This document shows positions 100,124 to 110,467 of a stretch of 248,000 bases of DNA, piece after piece. The notes under the pieces were generated by a model that saw only the letters and a program-made list of their open reading frames with translations, made no database searches and had not been told where the DNA came from. Position 1 is the stretch's first letter. Every line of letters starts with the position of its first letter. Position numbers and translations under genes: made by a program. This DNA is from Hyalangium minutum. GTDB taxonomy: Bacteria; Myxococcota; Myxococcia; Myxococcales; Myxococcaceae. The stretch covers positions 20,001 through 268,000 of the forward strand of contig NZ_JMCB01000006.1 in NCBI RefSeq assembly GCF_000737315.1. The letters run 5' to 3'.

Positions 100124-101674
100124 TCATGTGCGCCCACCTCCGTCCTGCACCGACGCAAACGCTTCAGCTGCGTTACCTGCAGGAACAGGCGCCCCAGCGT
100201 TCTTCCAGGCGCCCGTGAGTGTGGCCAACTTCCCGGAAACAGTGACGGCCAGCGCGATCAGGATGGTGCAGTACCAGCTGGTGATGCCCATGTCTCCGAA
100301 GCACTGGTTGATGTAGGCAAAGACGATGGAGACGACCACGAGGCCCCCTGCTCGCCAGTGAGGCGGGTGAGCACGGTGGTAGGCGCGCACGGCGAAGTAC
100401 ACGGTGAGTGCAACGAACAACCACACGCCCGTGAAGCCCACCATCCCGCCAAAGGCCAACAGGCCCAGCACCGAGTTGTGCGGGTGGTACAGGTAGTCCT
100501 CGAACAGATGGGAGATGTCCGCGAGCTTGATCACCTCTTGGAACCCGTGCCCGTAGCCCGTGCCGAGCATGGGGTTATTCTGCCAGGTGGAAATGAGGTT
100601 GAAGTTCTCCACGTCGCGGTAGTCCATCTCGCCTGTGGCGTTGTGCTCGCCGACGATCATCGACTTGAACGTGTTCACTGGCGAGAAAATGCCTACCGGA
100701 TTGGCCCAGCCGATGGCGACGTAGATGATGAACACCGGCGCCAGGAGGAGGCCGGCGCGCGTCGCGTAGCGCTTCACGCGGGACCACGGGCTGATCAGGA
100801 ACATGGCGATCAGGCACTGGTTGAAGCTCGCGTAGGCGATGCGGCGATCGTTGTAGTCCATGCCCATCAGGATGACGGCGGACACCAGCACCATCCTCCG
100901 GAACGTCTTCCAGTTGGGCTCCTCCGTCCAGGAGCTCATCGCGATGGCCAGCCCCGTCACGTAGATCATCGTGTCCGAGTGCGTGGTGGCGTACTCGGTG
101001 TAGAGCCCCTGGGGCCGGGCGATGAAGACGATGAAGAAGGCGCCCAGGAAGGCCTTGGTGAAGGCGGCCCCCACGATGATGCGGCCGAGAATCCGGAAGT
101101 CCTCCGGCCCCTTGATGGAGGCGTTGAACAGCAGCACGAACATGGGCAGCAGCAGCAGCTTCTGGAGCTGCCACTTCGCCGGACGCCCGTCTCCGCCTCG
101201 CGCCACACCCCAGATGTACATCCAGGTGATGGTCGCCAGGATGAGCAGCAGCGCCATCACCAGCGGCCGGGGCAGCGGCGTCATCTTCTCGTCGATCTTC
101301 AGGCCCATGGCCTGCCGGTAGACGTAGAGGGCGATGAGCCCGAACACGGACAAGTCGATCAGCGTGAAGCCCAGGCCGGGCACGCCGGTGACGACGTTGA
101401 GGTTGAGGAACAGCAGGCGGCCCGGGAACGAGAGCGGGGACTGCCACTTGCCCGAGTAGGGCACCTCCACCGCGCAGTCCAAGATGAGCATCAACGCCAG
101501 CAGCGTGAGGACGGGGTAGCGGATGGGGACCTTGGCCAGCACCCACAGCAGGATGGCCGCCGCCACCGGTAGCATGGCCACCGCGGGGAAGAGGACGAGC
101601 AGCCCCAGCGTGGCCAGCACCACGCCGGCCAGCAGCGTCAGGAAGACAGGGGTGCGGGAGAGGAAGGCTTCCAT
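100124..101674 (-). CDS. wzy: Wzy polysaccharide polymerase
   Basis: About 12 TMs; GTGYGHGF...HPHNSVL. Confidence 0.8.
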   Translation of the reverse strand: MEAFLSRTPVFLTLLAGVVLATLGLLVLFPAVAMLPVAAAILLWVLAKVPIRYPVLTLLALMLILDCAVEVPYSGKWQSPLSFPGRLLFLNLNVVTGVPGLGFTLIDLSVFGLIALYVYRQAMGLKIDEKMTPLPRPLVMALLLILATITWMYIWGVARGGDGRPAKWQLQKLLLLPMFVLLFNASIKGPEDFRILGRIIVGAAFTKAFLGAFFIVFIARPQGLYTEYATTHSDTMIYVTGLAIAMSSWTEEPNWKTFRRMVLVSAVILMGMDYNDRRIAYASFNQCLIAMFLISPWSRVKRYATRAGLLLAPVFIIYVAIGWANPVGIFSPVNTFKSMIVGEHNATGEMDYRDVENFNLISTWQNNPMLGTGYGHGFQEVIKLADISHLFEDYLYHPHNSVLGLLAFGGMVGFTGVWLFVALTVYFAVRAYHRAHPPHWRAGGLVVVSIVFAYINQCFGDMGITSWYCTILIALAVTVSGKLATLTGAWKNAGAPVPAGNAAEAFASVQDGGGRT

Positions 101675-101708
101675 CGTGGTCCTCGGGCGGCAGACACCGG
101701 GCGCACGC

Positions 101709-102902
101709 TCAGGGCTTGCGCGCCTCGCGGGTGGTGCGCACCCACTCCCCCTTCTTGTCTCGAGGGCCCGCCACCATCAGCCACACCTTCCACACCACGT
101801 AGAACGGCGCCGCCATCAGGTCCAACAGCCCCCGGGCGCCCATGCCCGACACCCACCAGCCGCGCAGCACGTAGAGGCCCAGGCTGGCCACGCAGAACGC
101901 CCCCGCGGCCAGGCTGAGCGGCGCGAACCCGGACACCCCGGAGAGCACGCCCGCGGCCACCGACAGCCCCACGGCGCCCAGCACCACGTAGCTCAGCGGC
102001 GGAACCAACAGGTCCATGGCCAGGTCCAGCAGCACGCCGTCGCGCTTGCGCAGGGCCTCGCCCAGCAGCGGCACGCCGAACTGCTTCGTCATCGCCCAGC
102101 GGCCCCCCTCCCAGCGGCGGCGCTGCGAGCGCGCGGCCTTCTCGGAGGACACCATCTCCCCGAGCACCTCGGCCTCCCACGCGTAGTGCACGCGGTGGCC
102201 CGCGCGGCCCAGGCGGATGCCGTACTCCAGGTCCTCGACGATGGAGAATGCGTCGTGCGGCACCTGGCGAATCACGCTGTGGGTGAAGCACATGCCGTTG
102301 CCGCGCAGACCGCACGAGACGCCCAGCCGCTCGCGGCCCAGCGAGCGCACCTTGTGGAACAGCGCCAGGGCAATGGTCATCAGCCGCGTGCGCCACGAGG
102401 CGCTTGGGTTCATCACGCCGTAGTGCGCCTGCACCGCGTGCGCGCCCGCCTCCAGCCGCAGCCCGAACGAGTGCAACAGGTGCGGAGACACCTCGGTGTC
102501 CGCGTCCACCACCACCACCGCGTCGGCAAAGCCGTCACTCAGGCTGCGCTCGAAGGCATGCGCCAGCGCGAAGCCCTTGCCGCGCTTCTCCGTGTCATGG
102601 CGCACCAGCACCGTGGCGCCAGCTTCGCGGGCCCGGTCCGCCGTGGCGTCCGAGCAGTTGTCCGCCACCACCAGGATGCGCCGCAGCGCCGCCGGGTAGT
102701 CCATGGCGGACAGGTTCGTCACCGTGCGGGCAATGCCCGCCTCCTCATTGTGCGCGGGGACGATGATGTCGAACTTCAGCCGCGGGGCCACCCGAGGCGG
102801 CGCCGCCTTGCCCGCCGACAACAGCGTCAGCAGCAGCAGATAGCCGCACGCCACCACCACCGGCAGCCCCAGCACGAACAACAGAACGTCCGCCCACATC
102901 AC
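101709..102902 (-). CDS. epsU: GT2 glycosyltransferase (EpsU-like)
   Basis: PAHNEE, ADNC.D, VVDADT, QRRRW. Confidence 0.8.
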   Translation of the reverse strand: MMWADVLLFVLGLPVVVACGYLLLLTLLSAGKAAPPRVAPRLKFDIIVPAHNEEAGIARTVTNLSAMDYPAALRRILVVADNCSDATADRAREAGATVLVRHDTEKRGKGFALAHAFERSLSDGFADAVVVVDADTEVSPHLLHSFGLRLEAGAHAVQAHYGVMNPSASWRTRLMTIALALFHKVRSLGRERLGVSCGLRGNGMCFTHSVIRQVPHDAFSIVEDLEYGIRLGRAGHRVHYAWEAEVLGEMVSSEKAARSQRRRWEGGRWAMTKQFGVPLLGEALRKRDGVLLDLAMDLLVPPLSYVVLGAVGLSVAAGVLSGVSGFAPLSLAAGAFCVASLGLYVLRGWWVSGMGARGLLDLMAAPFYVVWKVWLMVAGPRDKKGEWVRTTREARKP

Positions 102903-102933
102903 GGCATCACCCCGGCCCTGAACTCCATGTCAC

Positions 102934-104433
102934 TCACCCGGAATTCCGGTCCAGCTCGGCCAGCACGGGCACACCCAGCCCCCGCTCCACCTGCCAACTC
103001 TCCAGCACGCGTCCGCTCAGCACGTCACGCGCCAGCGCCGCGAACACCGCCAGCACCAGCCCGGCGACGATTCCGCCGATGGCGATGATCAGCGCGTTGG
103101 GCTTCACCGGCTTGCGAGGAAACTCCGCCGGCGTCAGCACCGTGAAGCGGTACTTGAAGGACTTGGCGGCGATGTCCAGCTCCAGCTTCGCCGCGTCGAT
103201 GCGCTTGAGGATCTGCTGCTGCGCGCTCAGCCGGCTCCGGAGCCGGTCCAGCGTCACCGCCGCGCTCGGGTTCTCCGACACCGCGGGCAGCAGGCCCATC
103301 AGCACGCGCTCCAGGCCGTACGGGTCCGGCACGGGCTCGTCCGGGAACGGCAGGGACTTGCCGCCCAGGTCACCGTACTCGGCCAGCAGCTGGCGCTCCT
103401 CTTCCTGCAGCGCCCTCACCTGGGGCGAGCCCTGGCGCAGCGCCGCCACGCGCGTCTCCTGCTCCACCACCTGCGGGTGGTCCGGCGCGTACATCTCGCG
103501 CAGCTGCACCAGCTCGTCCTGCATCTGCGTCAGCCGCTGGTTGTGCTGCACCGTCGCATCCGCGATGGCCCGGCGCTTGGAGCGGATGACGAAGCGCAGC
103601 TGCGCCAGCTCCTGGTCCGTGGAGCCGAAGCGCGGCAGCAAGCGGGGGTCACCCACCGCGCGGCGGCGCTCGATCATGATCGCGGTGAAGGTCTTCTCGA
103701 AGTCGGTGTAGGCCTCCTTCACGGCGTCCTGGGCCTGCTGCTCGTGCTCCTGGAGGATGGTGATGGCGTCCTTGATGCTGTTGAGCTCCTCCTCCTTGCT
103801 CTTCTCGAGGAAGCTCTCCTGCGCCTTCTCCACCAGCTCATAGGCCAGCTGCGGGTCGCCCCAGTCCACGCCGATGGTCACCTTGCCGTCATCGGTGCCC
103901 ACCCAGAGCTTCTTCTCCAGGGTGCCCACCATGGCGTCCATCTTGGCGTCCTCGTCCGGAGGCGCCGAGATGAGCCGCATCACCGAGTCCTTGAACCGCA
104001 GGAGCGGCGGACGCGTGGACTCCCACCGGTCCACCAGGTAGGTGTTCTTGATGATCTTGATCAGGTTCTCCTGGCGAAGCACCGCCTCCGCGGCGGCCTT
104101 CGTCGGCCCATCCACCTCGTTGGCCGGCCGCATGGGGTTGGGCGGATCCGGGTTCAGGAGGTTGGGCCGCTCCGGGTTCACCAAGCCGGGGATGATGGTG
104201 CTGGCGGTGCGGCGCGGCAGCAGCTTGGACTCGGAGTGCCAGGTGCGCGGCAGCAGCTTGGCCGCCAGCAGCCCCAGCACCGCTGTCATCAGGAAGGTGG
104301 CCAGCGCCAGCTTCCAGTGCCGGACCACGGCATTCTTCACGTAGCTGAGGTAGTCGCGGATCTGCTCCCAGTCGAAGATCTGGGCCTGCTCGCGCTCCAC
104401 ATCGGGGAGCCGATCCTCATGAGGTGCGGGCAT
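102934..104433 (-). CDS. epsV: Polysaccharide co-polymerase (Wzc/EpsV-like)
   Basis: Two TMs flanking a periplasmic coiled coil; P..PVKP motif. Confidence 0.8.
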   Translation of the reverse strand: MPAPHEDRLPDVEREQAQIFDWEQIRDYLSYVKNAVVRHWKLALATFLMTAVLGLLAAKLLPRTWHSESKLLPRRTASTIIPGLVNPERPNLLNPDPPNPMRPANEVDGPTKAAAEAVLRQENLIKIIKNTYLVDRWESTRPPLLRFKDSVMRLISAPPDEDAKMDAMVGTLEKKLWVGTDDGKVTIGVDWGDPQLAYELVEKAQESFLEKSKEEELNSIKDAITILQEHEQQAQDAVKEAYTDFEKTFTAIMIERRRAVGDPRLLPRFGSTDQELAQLRFVIRSKRRAIADATVQHNQRLTQMQDELVQLREMYAPDHPQVVEQETRVAALRQGSPQVRALQEEERQLLAEYGDLGGKSLPFPDEPVPDPYGLERVLMGLLPAVSENPSAAVTLDRLRSRLSAQQQILKRIDAAKLELDIAAKSFKYRFTVLTPAEFPRKPVKPNALIIAIGGIVAGLVLAVFAALARDVLSGRVLESWQVERGLGVPVLAELDRNSG

Positions 104434-104842
104434 CGCTCTTACCTCCCGGGGTCGCCTCAGCCGCCTTCGCCAACAACCTCACCACTTGCTGAATGAACTC
104501 GTCCTGGGTGAACGGCTTCGTCAGATAGCCGTCCGCCCCCACTTCCTCCGCCTGAGCGCGGTCCAGCAGGGTGCCGCGCGCGCTGATCATCAACACCGGC
104601 AGGCCCGCCAGCTCCGGCTGGCCACGGATGTACTCGCACACGTCGTACCCGGACACGTCCGGCAGCGTCAGGTCCAGGCACACCAGGTCCGGCCGGCTGT
104701 GCGCCAGCTGCTCCAGGGCCGAGCGCCCGTTGGACGCTTCCTGGATGCGCGTGATGCGCAGGGCGTGCAGGAACTCGCCCACCATCTTCCGGAAGAGGGG
104801 CGAGTCCTCTACGACCAGGACCGTGCATTGCGAGACGTCCAT
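104417..104842 (-). CDS. epsW: Single-domain response regulator (EpsW-like)
   Basis: VVED, LDLTLP, KP; position in the EPS locus. Confidence 0.8.
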   Translation of the reverse strand: MDVSQCTVLVVEDSPLFRKMVGEFLHALRITRIQEASNGRSALEQLAHSRPDLVCLDLTLPDVSGYDVCEYIRGQPELAGLPVLMISARGTLLDRAQAEEVGADGYLTKPFTQDEFIQQVVRLLAKAAEATPGGKSDARTS

Positions 104843-104862
104843 GAACCTTTCCGGGTCCTCTC

Positions 104863-105036
104863 CTAATCGTCGAGCCGCGGCCAGATGACCAACACCATGA
104901 AGGTGTAAACCAGGTTGAAGACGACCATCATCAAGACGGCCTTTTTGACACCCCGGACTTGGTGACGCTCTCGCGCCGCCAGGCTCGGCAACAGAATCAG
105001 CGAGTACAGCACGGACAGCAGGATGAACTTCTTCAT
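104863..105036 (-). CDS. 57-aa two-TM small protein in the EPS operon
   Basis: Translated by hand: MKKFILLSVLYSLILLPSLAARERHQVRGVKKAVLMMVVFNLVYTFMVLVIWPRLDD; fills the gap between epsX and epsW. Confidence 0.7.
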   Translation of the reverse strand: MKKFILLSVLYSLILLPSLAARERHQVRGVKKAVLMMVVFNLVYTFMVLVIWPRLDD

Positions 105037-105048
105037 GACCGGGTGGGA

Positions 105049-106299
105049 TTAAAGCCTACCATTCTCTTGCCGGATCACCAATCCGACGCCCATGAACCAC
105101 TTATAGATGGGGTTGGGGTCGATCACGAATTCTCGCAGCCTCAAGAGTCGACCGGACGCCACTACAGCGGCCGACCGAGTGAGCGGCCACTGAACCTTGA
105201 AAGCGAGGCGTTCCTCGCCATCGTTGGCGTGGATGCCGCCGGTGGCCGACTGGGCGGCGGCGATGTCCAGGTTGATCTGGGCCTTGCGGCGGCCCACCCA
105301 CTCGAAGCCGAAGCTCTGCTCGAAGCGGGGATAGTTGAGGGTGGAGAAGACGTCCACGAAGGGGACGTAGCGCGCGGCCAGCTTCGCCTTCACGGGCCAG
105401 TGGTAGCCCACGGGAACGGGGGTGGTGAGAGAGACTTCGCCGATGGGGTGGAGGATGCTCTCGTAGGCCACCGGGAAGGAGTAGCGGATGGGGGAGAGGA
105501 TGTCCTCGTAGGCCAGCGGGAAGGAGTAGCGCTGGAGACGGTGCTCGCCCACGGCCACACCCATGGCGAGGCGGCCTCGGATCAGCGGGTGGAACTGGTA
105601 CTCCACCAAGGGCGAGGCCTGCAGCAGGGACAGGCGCCCGCCGGTGGAGAAGTGCACGTCCCGGCCCCACATCTCCGTGCCCAGCGTGAGGCGGCGGGTG
105701 AGCGAATGGAAGGCATAGAGGCGGAATTCCGGGCCCACCTGCGAGGGCGTCACCCGGTCACCGAACGGGCGCAGCTCCTTGGGCGGATCCAACAGGCCAT
105801 TGATGACGAGCCCCCCCATGAAGCCGATGTACGTGCGCCGGATGCCCAGGATGTCGAAGCCCACCATGTTCTCCGAGTAGACGTACTTGCTGGCGTCCAG
105901 CACGCGCTGCTGTTCGGGAGGGCTCGTCGCGGGGACGCGGAAGTTTTCGAAGGGGAACGCGCCGTAGGTGGTGGCCTCCATGGCCCAGACCTTGAAGCCC
106001 CGGGAGACCTGGTACTCGCCGCGCAGGAACAGGAAGGTGAGCACCTCCAGCGTGGGCTGGGTGAAGGTGCGGCGCAGCAGGAGCTGCGGCTCGAGGATGG
106101 CCTTCAGCTCCATGCGGTTGGTGTAGAGGATGGCCTGGCCGCGCGGGGTGATGACCAGGTCCTCGATGACCGAGCGGTCCTGGGCCTCCGTCAGGCTCGA
106201 CGAGCGCAGGAAGCTCTCCACCCGCAGCTGGGATGAGTAGCGCACGGCGGGAGAGCTCGCCAGCACCATGCCCGTCACCAGCAGGGGAAGGACCGCCAT
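105049..106299 (-). CDS. epsX: Outer-membrane beta-barrel for EPS export (EpsX/WzpX-like)
   Basis: Signal peptide; amphipathic beta strands; follows the OPX gene. Confidence 0.7.
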   Translation of the reverse strand: MAVLPLLVTGMVLASSPAVRYSSQLRVESFLRSSSLTEAQDRSVIEDLVITPRGQAILYTNRMELKAILEPQLLLRRTFTQPTLEVLTFLFLRGEYQVSRGFKVWAMEATTYGAFPFENFRVPATSPPEQQRVLDASKYVYSENMVGFDILGIRRTYIGFMGGLVINGLLDPPKELRPFGDRVTPSQVGPEFRLYAFHSLTRRLTLGTEMWGRDVHFSTGGRLSLLQASPLVEYQFHPLIRGRLAMGVAVGEHRLQRYSFPLAYEDILSPIRYSFPVAYESILHPIGEVSLTTPVPVGYHWPVKAKLAARYVPFVDVFSTLNYPRFEQSFGFEWVGRRKAQINLDIAAAQSATGGIHANDGEERLAFKVQWPLTRSAAVVASGRLLRLREFVIDPNPIYKWFMGVGLVIRQENGRL

Positions 106300-106305
106300 G
106301 GCGCG

Positions 106306-106932
106306 TTACTCCACCACCACGATGTCGCCGGTGCGCAGCTGGAACGAGGCGCCCTTGCCCTCGGTGCGGCTGGCGGCCTCGTAGTCGAAGCGGATGCGCA
106401 TGGGTACGGGGCTGTCCGGCTGGCGGCGCAGCACGTAGATGCCGTCGGGCTGGGCATAGTCCGTGAAGCCGCCGGCCTGCGCCAGCGCGTGCAGCACGCC
106501 CGAGCCGGGCTCCAGGCCCTTCATGCCGGGGCTCTTCACCTCGCCGAGCACCGCCACCTCCAGCTGCTTGGGCTCGCGCACGTACACGGTGACGGAGGGG
106601 TTGCTCACCATGGGCTTGAGCAGCTCTTCAATCCGGCGCGCGAGCGTCGGCGGTGTCATCCCCGCGGCGTCCACGTCATTGAGCAGCGAGAGGGTGATGC
106701 GCCCATCCTCGCGCACCAGTGTCTCCGGCGTGTCCAGCTCCCGCTGGTTCCACACCTTGATGAAGAGCTTGTCGCCCTTGCGGATGACGTAGCCCTCGTC
106801 CTGGAGCGAGGGCGGCTCGCGGTAGTCGTCCACCCAGATGAAGCGGCCCGGGGTGTAGCAGGCGGCCAGCGCCAGCAGCGCGGCTGGGAGGACTCGGAGG
106901 AGGCTTCGAGAGGCTGAGGTTGAACGGCACAT
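106306..106932 (-). CDS. epsY: Short OPX (Wza-like) polysaccharide export lipoprotein
   Basis: Lipobox LAAC; YVIRKGDKL, DGRITL, LAQAGG. Confidence 0.85.
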   Translation of the reverse strand: MCRSTSASRSLLRVLPAALLALAACYTPGRFIWVDDYREPPSLQDEGYVIRKGDKLFIKVWNQRELDTPETLVREDGRITLSLLNDVDAAGMTPPTLARRIEELLKPMVSNPSVTVYVREPKQLEVAVLGEVKSPGMKGLEPGSGVLHALAQAGGFTDYAQPDGIYVLRRQPDSPVPMRIRFDYEAASRTEGKGASFQLRTGDIVVVE

Positions 106933-106962
106933 AGAAGAGAGGCTCCGAAGAGGGGCTCCAGC

Positions 106963-108501
106963 TCACGCGGCGGCGGACGGCTGGACACGCGAGCGCCGCT
107001 GGCGCACCACGCGCAGCAGGCCTTGCAGCTCGTCCAAACGCACCGCGCCTGTCACGAACACGAGGACGATATAGAGACACGCGCCCACCACCAGCCGCAC
107101 CGGGCCCAGGTCCACGAGCGCCAGATGGACGCACGTCACAACGCCGCAGACGGCCAGCGTCTTCCCCATCCGGGTGAGGCTCTGCTTGTCGAAGGCGCGT
107201 CCTCCCACGGCCCACACCAGCATCCCCACGGCCACCACCTCGCAGATGAAGAGCGCCAGGGCGGAGGCGCACGCACCTCCCACGGGGCCGAACCACGCCA
107301 GGAAGGGGCGCGCCAGCGTCAGGTTGAGCGTGGAGTTGAGCACCATGGACACCACCGAGGTGCGCGTCACCCACCAGCCCTTGCCCAGCGCCGTGAGCAC
107401 GCTGGCGCACACCATGGCCACATACGTGAGCGCCAGAATCGGCGCCTGCAGCCGCAGCACCGCCGCCGCCGGCAGGAAGGCCTCGCCGTACACCAGCTGG
107501 ATCCACGTCTCCGCGCCCAGCGCGATGGCCAGCACCATGGGGATGGAGAAGGCGCTCACCGCCTCCAGCGTGCGGCGACTCAAGCGGAACAGATCGTCCT
107601 GCGACTGGGCCGCGGCGCGCGCCATCAGCGGCGTCAGCACCCACGTCACCACGGGCGCGGCCATGAGCGTCATGCCCGCGAGGTTCCACCCGGCGCCGTA
107701 CCAGCCCACCTCGGTGGTGTTCGTCAGGAAGCCCAGGAGGAAGATGCCCATGGGGCCGTTGGCCGCCAGCGCCGCCTCGTTGAGGAAGAAGGGCAGCGCG
107801 CCCGTCATCGCCTCCTTCGTGCCCTTCGCGTCCAGGCGAATCTCCAGGCCCGTGTGCACACGCGAGAGCCGGAACAGCACCACCGCCCGCACCACCTCGG
107901 ACGCGAGAATCGGCACGCCGAGCCATGGCAGGGGCAGCCCCAGTGCCAGCACCAGCAGCTGCCCGCCGCCCCACACGCACTTGGTGGCGATGTTGGCCAC
108001 CGAGAGCCCATCCACCCGCTCACGCGCGTGGAGCACCGCCGCCAGCGTGCCGTTGCACCGGAAAAACAACTGATACACGCCCAGCAGCAGCACCAGCACC
108101 CGTAGGTAGTCGGGCTTGCCGTCCAGGTGCATCAGCCCCTGCATCACCCCGAGCAGCGTCACCGCCATGGTGAGCTGGAGCAGCAGCGTGCCGCCGAAGA
108201 ACTCGCTGGCGTGCTGCGGCCGCAGGGCCACCTCCTTGCGGATGTAGACCTCCAGGCCCAGGCCAGCCAGCACGAAGAAGACGGCGGTGAAGCCCTCCGA
108301 GGCCCAGTTGAACTGGCCAAACGCCTCGGGCCCCAGCACGCGCGGCAGCAGCAGGCGCACCGCCAGGGCGATGCCGTACGTCACCATGAGCGAGCTGCCC
108401 AGCTTCACGGCGTTGCGCATGGACGTCGACACGTCCAGCCCCGCGGGCTGCGGTGCCGGAGGAGTCGCCGCGGCGCTCGAATCAGGGGAGGGCGTGGACA
108501 T
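106963..108501 (-). CDS. wzx: Wzx flippase
   Basis: MOP-family multi-TM protein; VGWYGAG. Confidence 0.85.
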   Translation of the reverse strand: MSTPSPDSSAAATPPAPQPAGLDVSTSMRNAVKLGSSLMVTYGIALAVRLLLPRVLGPEAFGQFNWASEGFTAVFFVLAGLGLEVYIRKEVALRPQHASEFFGGTLLLQLTMAVTLLGVMQGLMHLDGKPDYLRVLVLLLGVYQLFFRCNGTLAAVLHARERVDGLSVANIATKCVWGGGQLLVLALGLPLPWLGVPILASEVVRAVVLFRLSRVHTGLEIRLDAKGTKEAMTGALPFFLNEAALAANGPMGIFLLGFLTNTTEVGWYGAGWNLAGMTLMAAPVVTWVLTPLMARAAAQSQDDLFRLSRRTLEAVSAFSIPMVLAIALGAETWIQLVYGEAFLPAAAVLRLQAPILALTYVAMVCASVLTALGKGWWVTRTSVVSMVLNSTLNLTLARPFLAWFGPVGGACASALALFICEVVAVGMLVWAVGGRAFDKQSLTRMGKTLAVCGVVTCVHLALVDLGPVRLVVGACLYIVLVFVTGAVRLDELQGLLRVVRQRRSRVQPSAAA

Positions 108502-108595
108502 GGGCTCGGCGCAAAGAGGGAAACCGGGCAAGTGAACGACAGCCCCACACCCGCGTCAATTCGCGGGCAGCCCCCCAGCCCCGAGCCCAGGCGGC

Positions 108596-110113
108596 CTAGC
108601 TGGCGCCGTTGCCCGTGATCACCACCGGAACCGTCTTGAGGATCAGTCCCAGATCCGTCAGCAGGGTCCAGTTGTCGATGTACTGCATGTCCAGGTACAT
108701 CCACTCCTCGAAGGAGATCTGATTGCGGCCGGAGACCTGCCAGATGCAGGTGAGACCCGGACGCACGGACAGGCGGCGGCGCTGCCAGGCAGCGTACTTC
108801 TCCACCTCCTTGGGCAGCGGCGGACGCGGGCCCACCACGCTCATCTCACCGCGCAGCACGTTGAGCAGCTGAGGCAGCTCGTCAATCGAGTACTTGCGGA
108901 TGAAGCGGCCGATGGAGGTGATCCGCGGGTCGTTCTTGATCTTGAAGACGGGGCCGCTCTGCTCATTGAGCGCCTCGAGCTTGGCGCGCAGCTCCTCGGC
109001 GTTCACCACCATGGAGCGGAACTTGAGCATGTCGAACGGCTTGCCGTGGAGGCCGACGCGCTTCTGCTTGAAGAAGATGGGGCCGCGCGAGGTGAGCTTG
109101 ATGCCCACCGCCACGGAGATGAGCAGCGGCGAGAGCACCAGCAGGCCCGCCGCCGAGGAGATGATGTCGAACAGGCGCTTGATGGCCATCTGGTGCGGCC
109201 GAGGCTGGTACGAGACGAAGTGCAGGTAGCCGTCGGACACCGCGTGGTTGTGCTCCGGGCGGGCCCGGTCCATGCGGAACGGGTGCGCCGGCAGCGCGAA
109301 CGGAATGCCGAAGCGCTCGCACAGCTTGATGGCCGCCTGCATCTCCACGCCGTGCTTCTGCACGTTGCCCGAGATGTAGACGACATCCACCGGCACGCGG
109401 CAGAGCACCTCTTCCAGCTGCTCCACCTTGCCCAGCAGCGGCTGCGGCGAGTTGGGATTCACCTTCTCGCTGCCGAAGGCCAGGTAGCCAGTGACGCGGC
109501 GGCGGCCGTGCTCGGCCAGGTGCTCGCCCGTAAGGCGGCCCATGGCGCCCAGGCCGAGGATGAGCGCCTCGTCGATGGGCTCCTCGCGCACCGCGAGCCG
109601 GCGGAACACAAAGTGCCGCAGCCCCACCACGCTCCCCCAGAGCAGCAGCGGGAAGAACGTCAGCGCCACCACGGGGTAGCCGCCTGCAATCAGCAAGCGC
109701 TCCAGGTAGAGCATGAAGGTGATGGACACCACGGTGATGGACACCAGCGCCAGGTCATCCAGCGGCGCCCGGTCCGAGAACCGCGGGTCATACAGGCACA
109801 GCGCGGTGCCCAGCAGCAGCCAGCCCAGCCCCGCCATGCCCAGCAGCAGCCACAGGTCCAGGTTGCCCACTTGCAGCTTGTGCCCCATCAGCAGCGTGGA
109901 GCCCAGCAGCGCGCCCACCACCAGGAACAAGTCCACCAGCAGGTTCAGCTTCGCCGCGAAGCCCGGCGCCAGCCGTCCCCGAGTGGCCTTGGCCGCCAGC
110001 GCAGGCACCGCCATCATCCGCGAGGGCTCGGGGGCCGGCACCACGGCAGGCTGAACGGGCGCCGCCGGCTGCGGATTCTCGGAGACTTCTTTCTGGACCG
110101 ATGCGGATTGCAT
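108596..110113 (-). CDS. epsZ: Polyisoprenyl-phosphate hexose-1-phosphate transferase (EpsZ/WcaJ-like)
   Basis: KRLFDI, KFRSM, DPRITSIG, DELPQL, GPRP. Confidence 0.9.
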   Translation of the reverse strand: MQSASVQKEVSENPQPAAPVQPAVVPAPEPSRMMAVPALAAKATRGRLAPGFAAKLNLLVDLFLVVGALLGSTLLMGHKLQVGNLDLWLLLGMAGLGWLLLGTALCLYDPRFSDRAPLDDLALVSITVVSITFMLYLERLLIAGGYPVVALTFFPLLLWGSVVGLRHFVFRRLAVREEPIDEALILGLGAMGRLTGEHLAEHGRRRVTGYLAFGSEKVNPNSPQPLLGKVEQLEEVLCRVPVDVVYISGNVQKHGVEMQAAIKLCERFGIPFALPAHPFRMDRARPEHNHAVSDGYLHFVSYQPRPHQMAIKRLFDIISSAAGLLVLSPLLISVAVGIKLTSRGPIFFKQKRVGLHGKPFDMLKFRSMVVNAEELRAKLEALNEQSGPVFKIKNDPRITSIGRFIRKYSIDELPQLLNVLRGEMSVVGPRPPLPKEVEKYAAWQRRRLSVRPGLTCIWQVSGRNQISFEEWMYLDMQYIDNWTLLTDLGLILKTVPVVITGNGAS

Positions 110114-110467
110114 GCCAAGCTCCCCACGACCCGGGATCCTCCCCCGGAGTGACACCGCCCACCTGCGAGAGTGGGCAAGAAATCACGGCACCACCACGCT
110201 CTGGACCCGCGAAGATTGTATGGGCCTGTGAAAAGTGCACGCAAGCACGTGAAAAATTACGGACTTCCTCCCACCTGACAGGCGGGGTGCTTGTTTGCCG
110301 ATCGGAAATTCGCCCCTACTCCCGAGCACTTGCGGCTCTGATTGTCGACAGTGATCAGTATGTATCAATCCAGCCGAAGAGGACCTGATAGGTCGTCTCC
110401 CCTGGCCGCTACCAGGATTTCTCTGGAAGTGTTTTGTCGGGATTTTCCGGTTCTGTAAATTTGGAGG

